Of a stretch of 64,000 nucleotides of DNA, positions 1 to 13,700 are shown in pieces. The notes under the pieces were generated by a model that saw only the letters and a list, made by a program, of their open reading frames with translations, ran no database searches and was not told the DNA's origin. This DNA comes from Octopus sinensis (lineage: Eukaryota): positions 15,686,001 through 15,750,000 of the forward strand of contig NC_043025.1 of NCBI RefSeq assembly GCF_006345805.1. The letters run 5' to 3'. Position 1 is the stretch's first letter; each line of letters begins with the position of its first letter. Made by a program: the position numbers and the translations under genes.

Positions 1-3000
1 AGGGAGATCTGGCTGTTATTTCTAGCAGGTCTAGCTATCATGTAGAGGTCTACCTCATTGGCTCATACATATATATGTACATACATAAGATAGTAGGGTG
101 TTGTTTGAGGGAGATCTGGCTGTTATTTCTAGCAGGTGTAGCTATTATGTAGAGGTCTACCTCATTGGCTCATACATATATACGTACATACATAAGATAG
201 TAGGGTGTTGTTTGAGGGAGATCTGGCTGTTATTTCTAGCAGGTCTAGCTACCATGTAGTGGTCTCCCTCATTGGCTCATTCATACATATATACATACGT
301 AAGAGAGTCGGGTGATGTTTGAGGGAGATTTGGCTGACATTTCTACCAGGTCTAGCTACCATGTAGAGGTCTCCATCATTGGCTCATACATACATATATA
401 CGTACATAAGAGAGTAGGGTGTTGTTTGAGAGAGATCTGGCTGCTGTCTAGCTTTAGCTGGTCTATTATGTAGGTCTCCCTCATTGGCTCATACATACAT
501 ATATACATACAAAAGTGAGTCGGGTGTTGTTTGAGGGACATTTGGCTGTTATTTCTAGCAGGTGTAGCAAACATATAGAGGTGTCCCTCATTGGCTCATA
601 ACTACATATATACATACATAAGAGAGTAGGGTGTTGTTTGAGGGAGATCTGGCTTTTATTTCTAGCAGGTCTAGCTACCATGTAGAAGTCTCCATCATTG
701 GCTCATACATACATATATACGTACATAAGACAGTAGGGTGTTGTTTGAGGCTGATCTGGCTGTTATTTCTAGCAGGTCTAGTTACCATGTAGAGGTCTCC
801 CTCATTGGCTCATACATACATATATACATACAAAAGAGAGTAGGGTGTTGTTTGAGGGAGATTTGGCTGTTATTTCTAGCAGATCTAGCTACCATGTAGA
901 GGTCTCCCTCATTGGCTCATACATACATAAAAACATACATGAGAAAGTAGGGTGTTGTTTGAGGGAGATTTGGCTGTTATTTGTAGCAGGTCTAGCTACC
1001 ATGTAGAGGTTTCCCTCATTGGCTCATACATACATATATACATACATAAGAGAGTTGGGTGTTGTTTGAGGGAGATGTGGCTGTTATTTCTACCAGGTCT
1101 AGCTACCATGTAGAGGTCTCCCTCATTGGCTGATACATACATATATAAATAAACATAAGAGAGTAGGGTGTTGTTTGAGGGAGATTTGGCTGTTATTTCT
1201 AAAAGATGTAGCTAGCATGTAGAGGTCTCCCTCATTGGCTCATACATACGTAAGAGAGTAGCGTGTTGTTTGAGGGAGATCTGGCTGTGATTTTTAGCAG
1301 GTCTAGCTACCATGTAGAGGTCTCCCTCATTGGCTCATACATACATATATACATACATAAGAGAGTAGGGTGTTGCTTGAGGGAGATTTGGCTGTTATTT
1401 CTAAAAGATGTAACTAGCATGTAGAGGTCTCCCTCATTGGCTCATACATACGTAAGAGAGTAGGGTGTTGTTTGAGGGAGATCTGGCTGTTATTTGTAGC
1501 AGGTCTAGCTACCATGTAGAGGTCTCCCTCAGTGGCTCATACATACATATATACATACATAAGAGAGTAGGGTGTTGTTTGTGGGAGATTTGGCTGTTAT
1601 TTCTACCAGGTCTAGCTACCATGTAGAGGTCTCCCTCATTGGCTCATAATACGTATATACATGCATAAGAGAGTAGGGTGTTGTTTGAGGGAGATCTGGC
1701 TGTTATTTCTAGCAGGTCTAGCTACCATGTAGAGGTCTCCCTCAGTGGCTCATACATACATATATACATACATAAGAGAGTAGTGTGTTGCTTGAGTGAG
1801 ATCTGGCTGTTATTTCTAGCAGGTCTAACTACCATGTAGAGGTCTCCCTCAGTGGATCAAACATACATATATACATACAAAAGAGAGTAGGGTGTTCTTT
1901 GAGGGAGATTTGGCTGTTATTTCTAAAAGATCTAGCTACCATGTAGAGGTCTCCCTCATTGGCTCATACATACATATATACATACATAAGAGATTAGGGT
2001 GTTGTTTGAGGGAGATTTGGCTGTTATTTCTAGCAGGTCTAGCTACCATGTAGAGGTCTCCCTCATTGGTTCATACATACATATATACATACATAAGAGA
2101 GTAGGGTGTTGTTTGTGGGAGATTTGGCTGTTATTTCTACCAGATCTAGCTACCATGTAGAGGTCTCCCTCATTGGCTCATACATACATATATACATACA
2201 TAAGAGAGTAGGGTGTTGTTTAAGGGAGATTTTGCTGTTATTTCTAGCAGGTCTAGCTACCATGTAGAGCTCTACCTCATTGGCTCATACATACATACGT
2301 ACATAGATAAGAGAGTAGGGTGTTGTTTGAGGGAGATCTGGCTGTTATTTCTAGCAGGTCTAGCTACCATGTAGTCGTCTCCCTCATTGGCTGATACATA
2401 CATATATACATACATAAGAGAGTTGGGTGTTGTTTGAGGGAGATTTGGCTGTCATTTCTACCTGGTCTAGCTACAATGTAGAGGTCTCCCTCATTGGCTC
2501 ATACATACCAATATAAATATACATAAGAGAGTAGAGTGTTGTTTGATGGAGATTTGGCTGTTATTTCTAGCAGGTCTAGCTATCATGTAGAGGTCTCCCT
2601 CATTGGCTCATACATACATATATACATACATAAGAGAGTAGGGTGTTGTTTGAGGGATATCTGACTGTTATTTCTAGCAGGTCTAGCTACCATGTAGAGG
2701 TCTCCATCATTGGCTCATACATACATATATACATACATAAGAGAGTAGGGTGTTGTTTGAGGGAGATCTGGCTGTTATTTCTAGCAGGTCTAGCTACCAT
2801 GTAGAGGTCTCCCTCATTTGCTCATACATACATATATACATACAAAAGAGAGTAGGGTGTTGTTTGAGGGTGATTTGGCTGTTATTTCTAGCAGATCTAG
2901 CTACCATGTAGAGGTCTCCCTCATTGGCTCATACATACATATATACATACCTGAGAGAGTAGGGTGTTGTTTGAGGGAGCTTTGGCTGTTATTTCTAGCA

Positions 3001-5021
3001 GGTCTAGCTACCATGTAGAGGTTTCCCTCATTGGCTCATACATACGTATATACATACATAAGAGAGTGGGGTGTTGTTTGAGGGAGATCTGGCTGTCAAT
3101 TCTAGCAGGTCTAGCTACCATGTAGAGGTCTCCCTTATTGGCTCATACATACATACATATATACATAAGAGAGTAGGGTTTTGTTTGAGGAAGATTTGGC
3201 TGTTATTTCTAGCAGGTCTAGCTACCATGTGGAGGTCTGCCTCATTGGCTCATACATGCGTATATACATACATAAGAGAGTAGGGTGTTGTTTGAGGGAG
3301 ATTTGGCTGTTATTTCTACCAGGTCTACCTTCCATGTAGAGGTCTCCCTCATTGGCTCATACATACATATATACATACATAAGAGAGTAGGGTGTTGTTT
3401 GAGGGAGATTTGGCTGTTATATCTACCAGGTCTAGCTACCATGTAGAGGTCTCCCTCATTGGCTCATACATACATAAGAGAGTAGGGTGTTGTTTAAGGG
3501 AGATTTGGCTGTTATTTGTAGCAAGTCTAGCTACCATATAGAGGTCTCCCTCATTGGCTCATACATACACATATACATACATAAGAGAGTAGGGTGTTGT
3601 TTGAGGGAGATTTGGCTGTTATTTCTCCCGGGTCTAGCTACCATGTAGAGGTCTCCCTCATTGGCTCATACATATATATATACATACATAAGAGAGTAGG
3701 GTGTTGTTTGAGGGAGATCTGGCTGTAATTTCTAGCAGGTCAAGCTACCATGTAGAGGTCTCCCTCATTGGCTCATACATGCATATATACATACAAAAGA
3801 GAGTTGGGTGTTGCTTGAGGGAGATCTGGCTGTTATTTCTAGCAGGTCTAGCTACCATGTAGAGGTCTCCCTCATTGGCTCAAACATACATATATACATA
3901 CATAAGAGAGTAGTGTGTTGCTTGAGGGAGATCTGGCTGTTATTTCTAGAAGGCCTAGCTACCATGTAGAGGTCTCCCTCAGTGGCTCATACATACATAT
4001 ATACATACATAAGAGAGTAGGGTGTTGTTTGAGGGAGATTTGGCTGTTATTTCTACCTGATCTAGCTACCAAGTAGAGGTCTCCCTCATTGGCTCATACA
4101 TACATGTATACATACATAAGAGAGTGGGGTGTTGTTTGAGGGAGATTTGGCTGTTATTTCTACCAGGTCTAGCTATCAGGTAGAGGTCTCCCCCTTATTG
4201 GCTCATACATACATATATACATACGTAAGAGAGTAGGGTGTTGTTTGAGGGAGATTTGGCTGTTATTTCTAACAGATCTAGCTACCTTGTAGAGGTCTCC
4301 CTCATTGGCTCATACATACATATATACGTACATAAGAGAGTAGGGTGTTGTTTGAGAGAGAACTGGCTGATATTTCTAGCAGGTCTAGCTACCATGTAGA
4401 GGTTTCCCTCATTGGCTCATACATACGTATATACATACATAAGAGAGTAGGGTGTTGTTTGAGGGAGATTTGGCTGTTATTTCTAGGAGGTCTAGCTACC
4501 ATGTAGAGGTCTCCCTCATTGGCTCATACATACATAAGAGAGTAGGGTGTTGTTTGAGGGAGATCTGGCTGTTATTTGTAGCAGGTCTAGCTACCATGTA
4601 GAGGTCTCCCTCATTGGCTCATACATGCATATATACATACATAAGAGAGTACGGTGTTGCTTGAGGGAGATCTGGCTGTTATTTCTAGCAGGTCTAGCTA
4701 CCATGTAGAGGTCTCCCTCAGTGGCTCATACATACATATATACATACATAAGAGAGTAGGGTTTTGTTTGTGGGAGATTTTGCTGTTATTTCTACCAGGT
4801 CTAGCTACCATGTAGAGGTCTCCCTCATTGGCTCATACATACATATATACATACATAAGAGAGTAGGGTGTTGCTTGAGGGAGATCTGGCTGTTATTTCT
4901 AGAAGGCCTAGCTACCATGTAGAGGTCTCCCTCAGTGTCTCATACGTACATATATACATACATAAGAGAGTAGGGTGTTGTTTGAGGGAGATCTGGCTGT
5001 AATTTCTCCCGGGCCTAGCTA
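1..5021. repeat. ~107-bp satellite DNA array, left part (~47 monomers)
   Basis: Head-to-tail copies of AGAGAGTAGGGTGTTGTTTGAGGGAGATYTGGCTGTTATTTCTASCAGGTCTAGCTACCATGTAGAGGTCTCCCTCATTGGCTCATACATACATATATACATACATA (107 bp), with occasional ~95-bp variants lacking 12 bp of the TACA tract. The array runs off the window start. Confidence 0.98.
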
Positions 5022-7739
5022 TAATAATAATAATAATAATAATAATTGTGTACAGTGCTCAGGTGCACTACAACTCATCTAAAGTGTATATATAATCAGG
5101 TGAAGTTTCGGCGGATTTCGGAAAGCATGAGGGCCTTAAAAGATGCAGTGTCATGGCAGTCAACAACTGACGCAGGCAGTTTATTCCATGCTTCAGCAAC
5201 TCTGAGCGTGAAAAAATGTTTCCGAAAGTCATGGGGCTGTGTTGTTTTCTGACTTTGTAGGCATGTCCACGTGTGTTAGACACATGGAGATCAAAAAGGT
5301 GTTCAGTGTTGTTGTTGGTGAGGTGGTTGATAACTTTGTGGGTGTTTACCAAGTCCGTCGCCAAACGCCGGTGCTTCAGTGAATCATGCCCAGGGAACAA
5401 GGCGCTCAGAATATGGTAGGTGTTGATGGAGGGTATGCGTTTGGTTGCACGTCTTGGACAGATTCCAGGAGGTCAATGTTCTGTGCAAGAGAGGGGTTCC
5501 AAACTGATGATGCGAATTCAAGTGTGGTCGTACCATAGCTGTATACAGTTTTAAATAGATGGCTAGAGAGCGGCTAACAAAAGACCTGCTGAGTGATGCC
5601 AAGACACCTCGGCCTTCCTGACAATCTTAGAGATATGCTTTGACCAACGCAAATCACTGCTGACAGTGATGCCTAGGTCACGCTCGCAAGAGGATTTCTT
5701 GATATCAGTGTTGTGGAGGGAGATGTGAACGCAGGGTTTTTTCTCCAAAAATGCATGGTGGTACACTTGTCCACAGCCAGTTTCAGTTGCCAGTCTGTGA
5801 TCCATTGCTGCATTGTGTCTAGGTCTGATTGCAGGAAAGAGTTGTAGACATCAGGATCTGTCCTCTTGATTTCAAGGTACAGCTTGATGTCGTCTGCATA
5901 TTTCAATACTGTGGCATTCTTTAAATTGGCATCTATGTCGTTAATGTATGCCACAAACAAGAGGGGACCAAGGACAGATCCCTGTGGACACCCGATGACA
6001 TCTCATATGGTGTAGAGTGCTGTCCTAGAACTGTGACTACCTCCTTTCGGCTGAGGATGAAGGATTTCAACCAGTTAAAAAGGTCATCCCCCACACACCC
6101 ATTGCAGAGAGTTTCACCATAAGCTTTTGTGTGGCACAGAGTTGAAAGCCTTAGCAAAGTCAAGGTAGACAACATCCACCCATGAGCCACTGTCAGTAAT
6201 CTGAGTAATGTCCTCAAGGAACTCGACAAGCTGGTCACTGCAGCTGGAGTTAGGGACAAATCCATATTGTGAGGGTCGGATGAGACTGTGAGAGCTCCAG
6301 AAGTTCCAGAGTGTTTCTTGACACACGATTCCATCAGTTTTGCAATACAGCTAGTGAGACTGACTGGGCGATAGTTGACAGGTGATGTGCGGTCGCCCTT
6401 TTTGAACAGAGGAATGACACTGGCAGTTTTCCACTGCTCCGGAGTAGCACCATTGTTGAGACAGTACTGGAAGAAAATAGAAAGCTGGTGTAAAAGGAAG
6501 TGCCTGCCACGTTTGAGAAGCAGGTATGTAACTCCATCGAGACCAGGGGAGGCATAGTTGCGCTTATTTTGAAGGTGACGTCGCAGCATTGCAGGTGTAA
6601 ATTCCATAGTTGTTATGGAGTTTGCTGTTAGTGATGGTGAAGATGGTACATTTTGACTTTCAACAGTGAATATGTTTGCATAGCACTCGGCAATGAGTTC
6701 TGCGCATCCTTGGGGTCGTCAGTGATCTGGTTTGTGTGAGGGTTGCGAAGAGGGCCCACTGGAGAGTGAGGTCTCTGCTTTGAGTGCACATATTTCCAGA
6801 AAACCTTGCTGTCAGGATTGGCTGCTATGCACTGTTCAAATTCAAGCACTGCTTTTTTTGTCACTTGCTTGAGATGGTTGAGGATTTATTCCGCTTCTTC
6901 CTGTTGGTGTCTGATTTATGCAACCTGTATTCCCGTTCAGCAGTCCGACGTTCCCTCCTGGCAAGTCGGACCGCTGAAGTTTCCCAAATTGCCCTTTTGG
7001 GGCGGTTCTTTTTTTGTTACGTGGCACTGATGCTGCACATGCTGCCCATATTGAGTCCAGGATACTCTGGAGTATAGTAACAATCTCCAGAGTTGTAGAA
7101 TTCACGCCAGTTTGGGTGCTGTAGTTCAGTGTGGTACAGGTCCAATCTGCTCTCTTCCAATTGAAGGAAGCAGATTGGAGATGGTTCAGGTTTTTGTTGC
7201 CCGCAAGAGCCAGATTGGCGATGATCATAGCATGATCAGAGTCACCTAGAGGTTCCTCCGTAGTGCAATTGATAAACGCTTCAGGAGTTGTGGTGAAGAG
7301 CAGGTCCAAGGTGTTGTCGCCTCTTGTTGGAGAGGTGACTACTTGTGACCAGTTTGAGTCCAGCACAAGCTCAACAAAATCGTTTGCACTCTGTGGCAAT
7401 GGAAAGTCTCCCAATCGATCTCAGGATGATTGAAATCGCCTGCAATAAACACATAAGTGGCTGTTTTCCTGGCAGCAGTTCGGAGGACATTGCAAAGCTG
7501 TGTGTCCCGATGGTAACTTGGGGACGATAAACAACGCCAAGCAGGAGTGTTGACATGGTCATACGCACGTCACAGAAAAAAACTTCTTGTGATTCGTTCA
7601 AATCGGCACAAGGAATTACCAAAAGATTTGAACGACGTAGACCATCACACCACCACCACGGGGTTAGTGCGGTCCTTACGGAAAGGTTGTACCCGTAATG
7701 TTGAAAACCCCATCACAGAGTAAGGAATGCGCCATGTTT
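5022..7739 (-). mobile_element. 5'-truncated CR1-clade LINE (ORF2: APE endonuclease + reverse transcriptase) inserted in the satellite
   Basis: Minus-strand motifs: ETW...FRKDR..RGGGVMVYV, GVVYRP, GDFNHP, TRGDNTLDLLFT, SDH (endonuclease); NYRPVSLTS, DVVYLDFAKAFNSVPH, YADD (RT); VRPHL, TRGHAYK, FFTLRVAEAWNKLP (CR1 C-terminus). A 3' stem-loop AGTGC-ACCTGA-GCACT (5054-5069) is followed by an (ATT)n tail (5022-5046). Confidence 0.95.
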
Positions 7740-10700
7740 CCATGTAGAGGTCTCCCTCATTGGCTCATACATATATATATACATACATAAGAGAGTAGGG
7801 TGTTGTTTGAGGGAGATCTGGCTGTTATTTCTAGCAGGTCTAGCTACCATGTAGAGGTCTCCCTCATTGGCTCATACATACATGTATACATACATAAGAG
7901 AGTAGGGTGTTGTTTGAGGGAGATCTGGCTGTTATTTCTAGCAGGTCTAGCTACCATGTAGAGGTATCCCTCATTGGCTCAAACATACATATGTACATAC
8001 ATAAGAGAGTAGGGTGTTGTTTGAGGGAAATTTGGCTGTTATTTCTACCAGATCTAGCTACCATGTAGAGGTCTCCCTCATTGGCTCATACATACATATA
8101 TACATACAGAAGAGAGTAGGGTGTTGTTTGAGAGAGATTTGGCTGATATTTCTAGCAGGTCTAGCTACCATGTAGAGGTGTCCCTCATTGGCTCATACAT
8201 ACGTATATACATACATAAGAGAGTAGGGTGTTGTTTGAGGGAGATTTGGCTGTTATTTCTAGCAGGTCTAGCTACCATGTAGAGGTCTCCCTCATTGGCT
8301 CATACATACGTAAGAGAGTAGGGTGTTGTTTGAGGGAGATTTGGCTGTTATTTCTAGCAGGTCTAACTACAATGTGAAAGGTCTCCCTTATTGGCTCAAA
8401 CATACATATATACATACATAAGAGACTAGGATGTTGTTTGAGGGAGATTTGGCTTTTATTTCTGGCAGGTCTAGCTACCATGTAGAGGTCTCCCTCATTG
8501 GCTCATACATACATAAGAGAGTAGGGTGTTGTTTAAGGGAGATTTGGCTGTTATTTCTAGCAGGTCTAGCTACCATGTAGAGGTCTCCCTCATTGGCTCA
8601 TACATACATATATACATACATAAGAGAGTAGGGTGTTGTTTGAGGGAGATTTGGCTGTTATTTCTAGCAGGTCTAGCTACCATGTAGAGGTCTCCCTCAT
8701 TGGCTCATACATACATATATACATATATAAGAGAGTAGGGTTGTTGTTGAGGGAGATTTGGCTGTTATTTCTAGCAGGTCTAGCTACCACGTACAGGTCT
8801 CCCTCATTGGTTCATACATACATATATACATACATAAGAGAGTAGGGTGTTGTTTCAGGGAGATTTGGCTGTTATTTCTACCAGATCTAGCTACCATGTT
8901 AAGGGCTCCCTCATTGGCTCATACATACATACATACATAAGAGAGTAGGGTGTTGTTTGAGGGAGATTTGGCTGTTATTTCTGGCAGGTCTAGCTACCAT
9001 GTAGAGGTCTCTCTCATTGGCTCATACATACATATATACATACATAGGAGAGTAGGGTGTTGTTTGAGGGAGATTTGGCTGTTATTTCTAGCAGGTCTAG
9101 CTACTATGTAGAGGTCTCCCTCATTGGCTCATACGTACGTATATACATACATAAGAGAGTAGGGTGTTTTTGAGGGAGATTTGGCTGTTATTTCTACCAG
9201 GTCTAGCTATCATGTAGAGGTCTCCCCGTTGGGCATACATACATATATACATACATAAGAGAGTAGGGTGTTGTTTGAGGGAGATTGGCTGCTATTTCTA
9301 ACAGATCTAGGTACCATGTAGAGGTCTCCCTCATTGGCCCATACATACATATATACATACATAAGAGAGTAGGGTGTTGTTTGAGAGAGATTTTGCTGAT
9401 ATTTCTAGCAGGTCTAGGTACCATGTAGGGGTTTCCCTCATTGGCTCATACATACATATATACATACATAAGAGAGTAGGGTGTTGTTTGAGGGAGATTT
9501 GGCTGTTATTTCTAGCAGGTCTAGCTACCATGTAGAGGTCTCCCTCATTGGCTCATACGTACATAAAAGAGTAGGGTTTTGTTTAAGGGAGATTTGGCTG
9601 TTATTTCTAGCAGGTCCAGCTACCATGTAGAGTCTCCCTCATTGGCATACATAGTAGGTGCTACTCATTGGCTCATACATACTCTATATACATACATAAG
9701 AGAGTAGGGTGTTGTTTGAGGGAGATTTGGCTGTTATTTCTACCAGGTCTAGCTACCATGTAGAGGTCTCCCTCATTGGCTCATACATACATATACATAC
9801 ATAGAGAGTAGGGTGTTGTTTGAGGGAGATCTTGCTGTTATTTCTACCAGGTCTAGCTACCATGTAGAGGTCTTGCTCATTGGCTCATACATACATATAT
9901 ACATACATAAGAGAGTAGGGTGTTGCTTGAGGGAGATTTGGCTGTTATTTCTAGCAGGTCTAGCTACCATGTAGAGGTCTCCCTCATTGGCTCATACGTA
10001 CATATACACATACATAAGAGAGTAGGGTGTTGCTTGAGGGAGATCTGGCTGTTATTTCTAGCAGATCTAGCTACCATGTAGAGGTCTCTTTCATTGGCTC
10101 ATACATACATATATACATACATAAGAGAGTAGGGTGTTGTTTGAGGGAGATCTGACTGTAATTTCTACCAGGTCTAGCTACCATGGAGAGGTCTCCCTCA
10201 TTGGCTCATACATACATATATACATACATAAGAGAGTAGGGTGTGTTTGAGGGAGATCTGGCTGTTATTTCTAGCAGGTCTAGCTACCATGTAGAGGTCT
10301 CCCTCATTGGCTCATACATACATATATACATACATAAGAGAGTAGGGTGTTGTTTGAGGGAGATCTGGCTGTTATTTCTACCAGGTCTAGCTACCATGTA
10401 GAGGTCTCGCTCATTGGCTCATACATACATATATACATACATAAGAGAGTAGGGTGTTGTTTGCGGGAGATTTGGCTGTTATTTCTAGCAGGTCTAGCTA
10501 CCACGTAGAGGTCTCCCTCATTGACTCATACGTACATATACACATACATAAGAGACTAGGATGTTGTTTGAGGGAGATTTGGCTTTTATTTCTGGCAGGT
10601 CTAGCTACCATGTAGAGGTCTCCCTCATTGGCTCATACATACATAAGAGAGTAGGGTGTTGTTTAAGGGAGATTTGGCTGTTATTTCTAGCAGGTCTAGC

Positions 10701-13700
10701 TACCATGTAGAGGTCTCCCCCATTGGCTCATACATACATATATACATACATAAGAGAGTAGCATGTTGTTTGAGGGAGATTTGGCTGTTATTTCTAGCAG
10801 GTCTAGCTACCATGTGGAGGTCTCCCTCATTGGCTCATACATACATATATACATACATATGAGAGTAGGGTGTTGTTTGAGGGAGATCTGGATGTTATTT
10901 CTACCAGGTCTCGCTACCATGTAGAGGTCTCGCTCATTGGCTCATACATACATATATACATACATAAGAGAGTAGGGTGTTGTTTGAGGGAGATTTGGCT
11001 GTTATTTCTAGCAGCTCTAGCTACCATGTAGAGGTCTCCCCCATTGGCTCATACGTACATATACACATACATAAGAGAGTAGGGTGTTGCTTGAGGGAGA
11101 TCTGGCTATATTTCGAGCAGAACTAGCTACCATGTAGAGGTCTCCCTCATTGGCTTATACATACATAGATACATACATAAGAGAGTAGGTTGTTGTTTGT
11201 GGGAGATTTGGCTGTTATTTCTACCAGGTCTAGCTATCATGTAAAGGTCTCCCTCTTTGGCTCATACATACATATATACATACATAAGAGAGTAGGGTGT
11301 TGTTTGAGGGAGATCTGGCTGTTATTTCTAGCAGGTCTAGCTACCATGTAGAGGTCTCCCTCATTGGCTCATACATACATATATACATACATAAGAGAGT
11401 TGGGTGTTATTTGAGGGACATTTGGCTGTTATTTGTAGCAGGTCTAGCTACCATGTAGAGGTCTCCCTCAGTGGCTCATACATATATACATAAGAGTGTA
11501 GGGTGTTGTTTGAGGGAGATCTGGCTGCTATTTTTAGCAGGTCGAGCTACCATGTAGAGGTCTACCTCATTGGCTCATACATACATATATACATACATAA
11601 GAGAGTAGGGCGTTGTTTGAGGGAGATCTGGCTGTTAATTCTCCCGGGTCTAGCTACCATGTAGAGGTCTCACTCATTGGCTCATACAAACATATATACA
11701 TACATAAGAGAGTAGGGTGTTGTTTGAGGGAGATATGGCTGTTATTTCTAGCAGGTCTAGCTACCAAGTAGAGGTATCCCTCATTGGCTCAAACATACAT
11801 ATATACATACATAAGAGAGTAGGGTGTTGTTTGAGGGAGATTTGGCTGATATTTCTAGCAGGTCTAGCTACCAAGTAGAGGTATCCCTCATTGGCTCATA
11901 CATACATATATACATACATAAGAGAGTAGGGTGTTGTTTGAGGGAGATTTGGCTGTCATTTCTACCAGGTCTAGCTATCATGTAGATGTCTCCCTCATTG
12001 GCTCATACATACATATATACATACATAACAGAGTAGGGTGTTGTTTGAGGGAGACTTGGGAGATTTCTACCAGATCTAGCTACCATGTAGAGGTCTCCCT
12101 CATTGGCTCATACATACATATATACATACATAAGAGAGTAGGGTGTTGTTTGAGAGAGATTTGGCTGATATTTCTAGCAGGTCTAGCTACCATGTAGATG
12201 TTTCCCTCATTGGCTCATACATACATATATACATACATAAGAGAGTAGGGTGTTGTTTGAGGGAGATGTGGCTGTTATTTCTAGCAGGTCTAGCAACCAT
12301 GTAAAGGTCTCCCTCATTGGCTCATACATACAAAAGAGAGTAGGGTGTTGTTTACGGGAGATTTGGCTGTTATTTCTAGCAGGTCTAGCTACCATGTAGA
12401 GGTCTCCCTCATTGGCTCATACATACATATATACATACATAAGAAAGTAGCATGTTGTTTGAGGGAGATTTGGCAGTTATTTCTAGCATCTCTAGCGACC
12501 ATGTAGAGGTCTCCCTCATTGGCTCATACATACATATCTACATACATAAGAGAGTAGGGTGTTGTTTGAGGGAGATTTGGCTGTTATTTCTAGCAGGTCT
12601 AGCTACCATGTAGAGGTCTCCCTCATTGGCTCATACATACATAAGAGAGTAGGGTGTTGTTTAAGGGAGATTTGGCTGTTATTTCTAGGTGGTCTAGCTA
12701 CCATGTAGAGGTCTCCCTCATTGGCTCATACATACATATATACATACATAAGAGAGTAGGGTGTTGTTTGAGGGAGATTTGGCTGTTATTTCTAGCAGGT
12801 CTAGCTACCATGTAGAGGTCACCCTCATTGGCTCATACATACATATATACATACATAAGAGAGTAGGGTGTTGCTTGAGGGAGATTTGGCTGTTATTTCT
12901 AGCAGGTCTAGCTACCATGTAGAGGTCTCCCTCATTGGCTCATACGTACATATACACATACATAAGAGAGTAGGGTGTTGCTTGAGGGAGATCTGGCTGT
13001 TATTTCTAGCAGATCTAGCTACCATGTAGAGGTCTCTTTCATTGGCTCATACATACTTATATACATACATATTAGAGAGTAGGGTGTTGTTTGAGGGAGA
13101 CCTGACTGTAATTTCTACCAGGTCTAGCTACCATGGAGAGGTCTCCCTCATTGGCTCATACATACATATATACATACATAAGAGAGTAGGGTGTTGTTTG
13201 AGGGAGATCTGGCTGTTATTTCTAGCAGGTCTAGCTACCATGTAGAGGTCTCCCTCATTGGCTCATACGTACGTATATACATACATAAGAGAGTATGGTG
13301 TTTTTGAGGGAGATTTGGCTGTTATTTCTACCAGGTCTAGCTATCATGTAGAGGTCTCCCTCGTTGGCTCATACATACATATATACATACATAAGAGAGT
13401 AGGGTGTTGTTTGAGGGAGATTTGGCTGTTATTTCTACCAGATCTAGCTACCATGTAGAGGTCTCCCTCATTGGCCCATACATACATATATACATACATA
13501 AGAGAGTAGGGTGTTGTTTGAGAGAGATTTTGCTGATATTTCTAGCAGGTCTAGGTACCATGTAGGGGTTTCCCTCATTGGCTCATACATACATATATAC
13601 ATACATAAGAGAGTAGGGTGTTGTTTGAGGGAGATTTGGCTGTTATTTCTAGCAGGTCTAGCTACCATGTAGAGGTCTCCCTCATTGGCTCATACGTACA

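Noticed and set aside
5015-7750. Target-site duplication around the CR1
   Set aside because: The flanks join into one intact monomer; at most a 1-bp microhomology is present.
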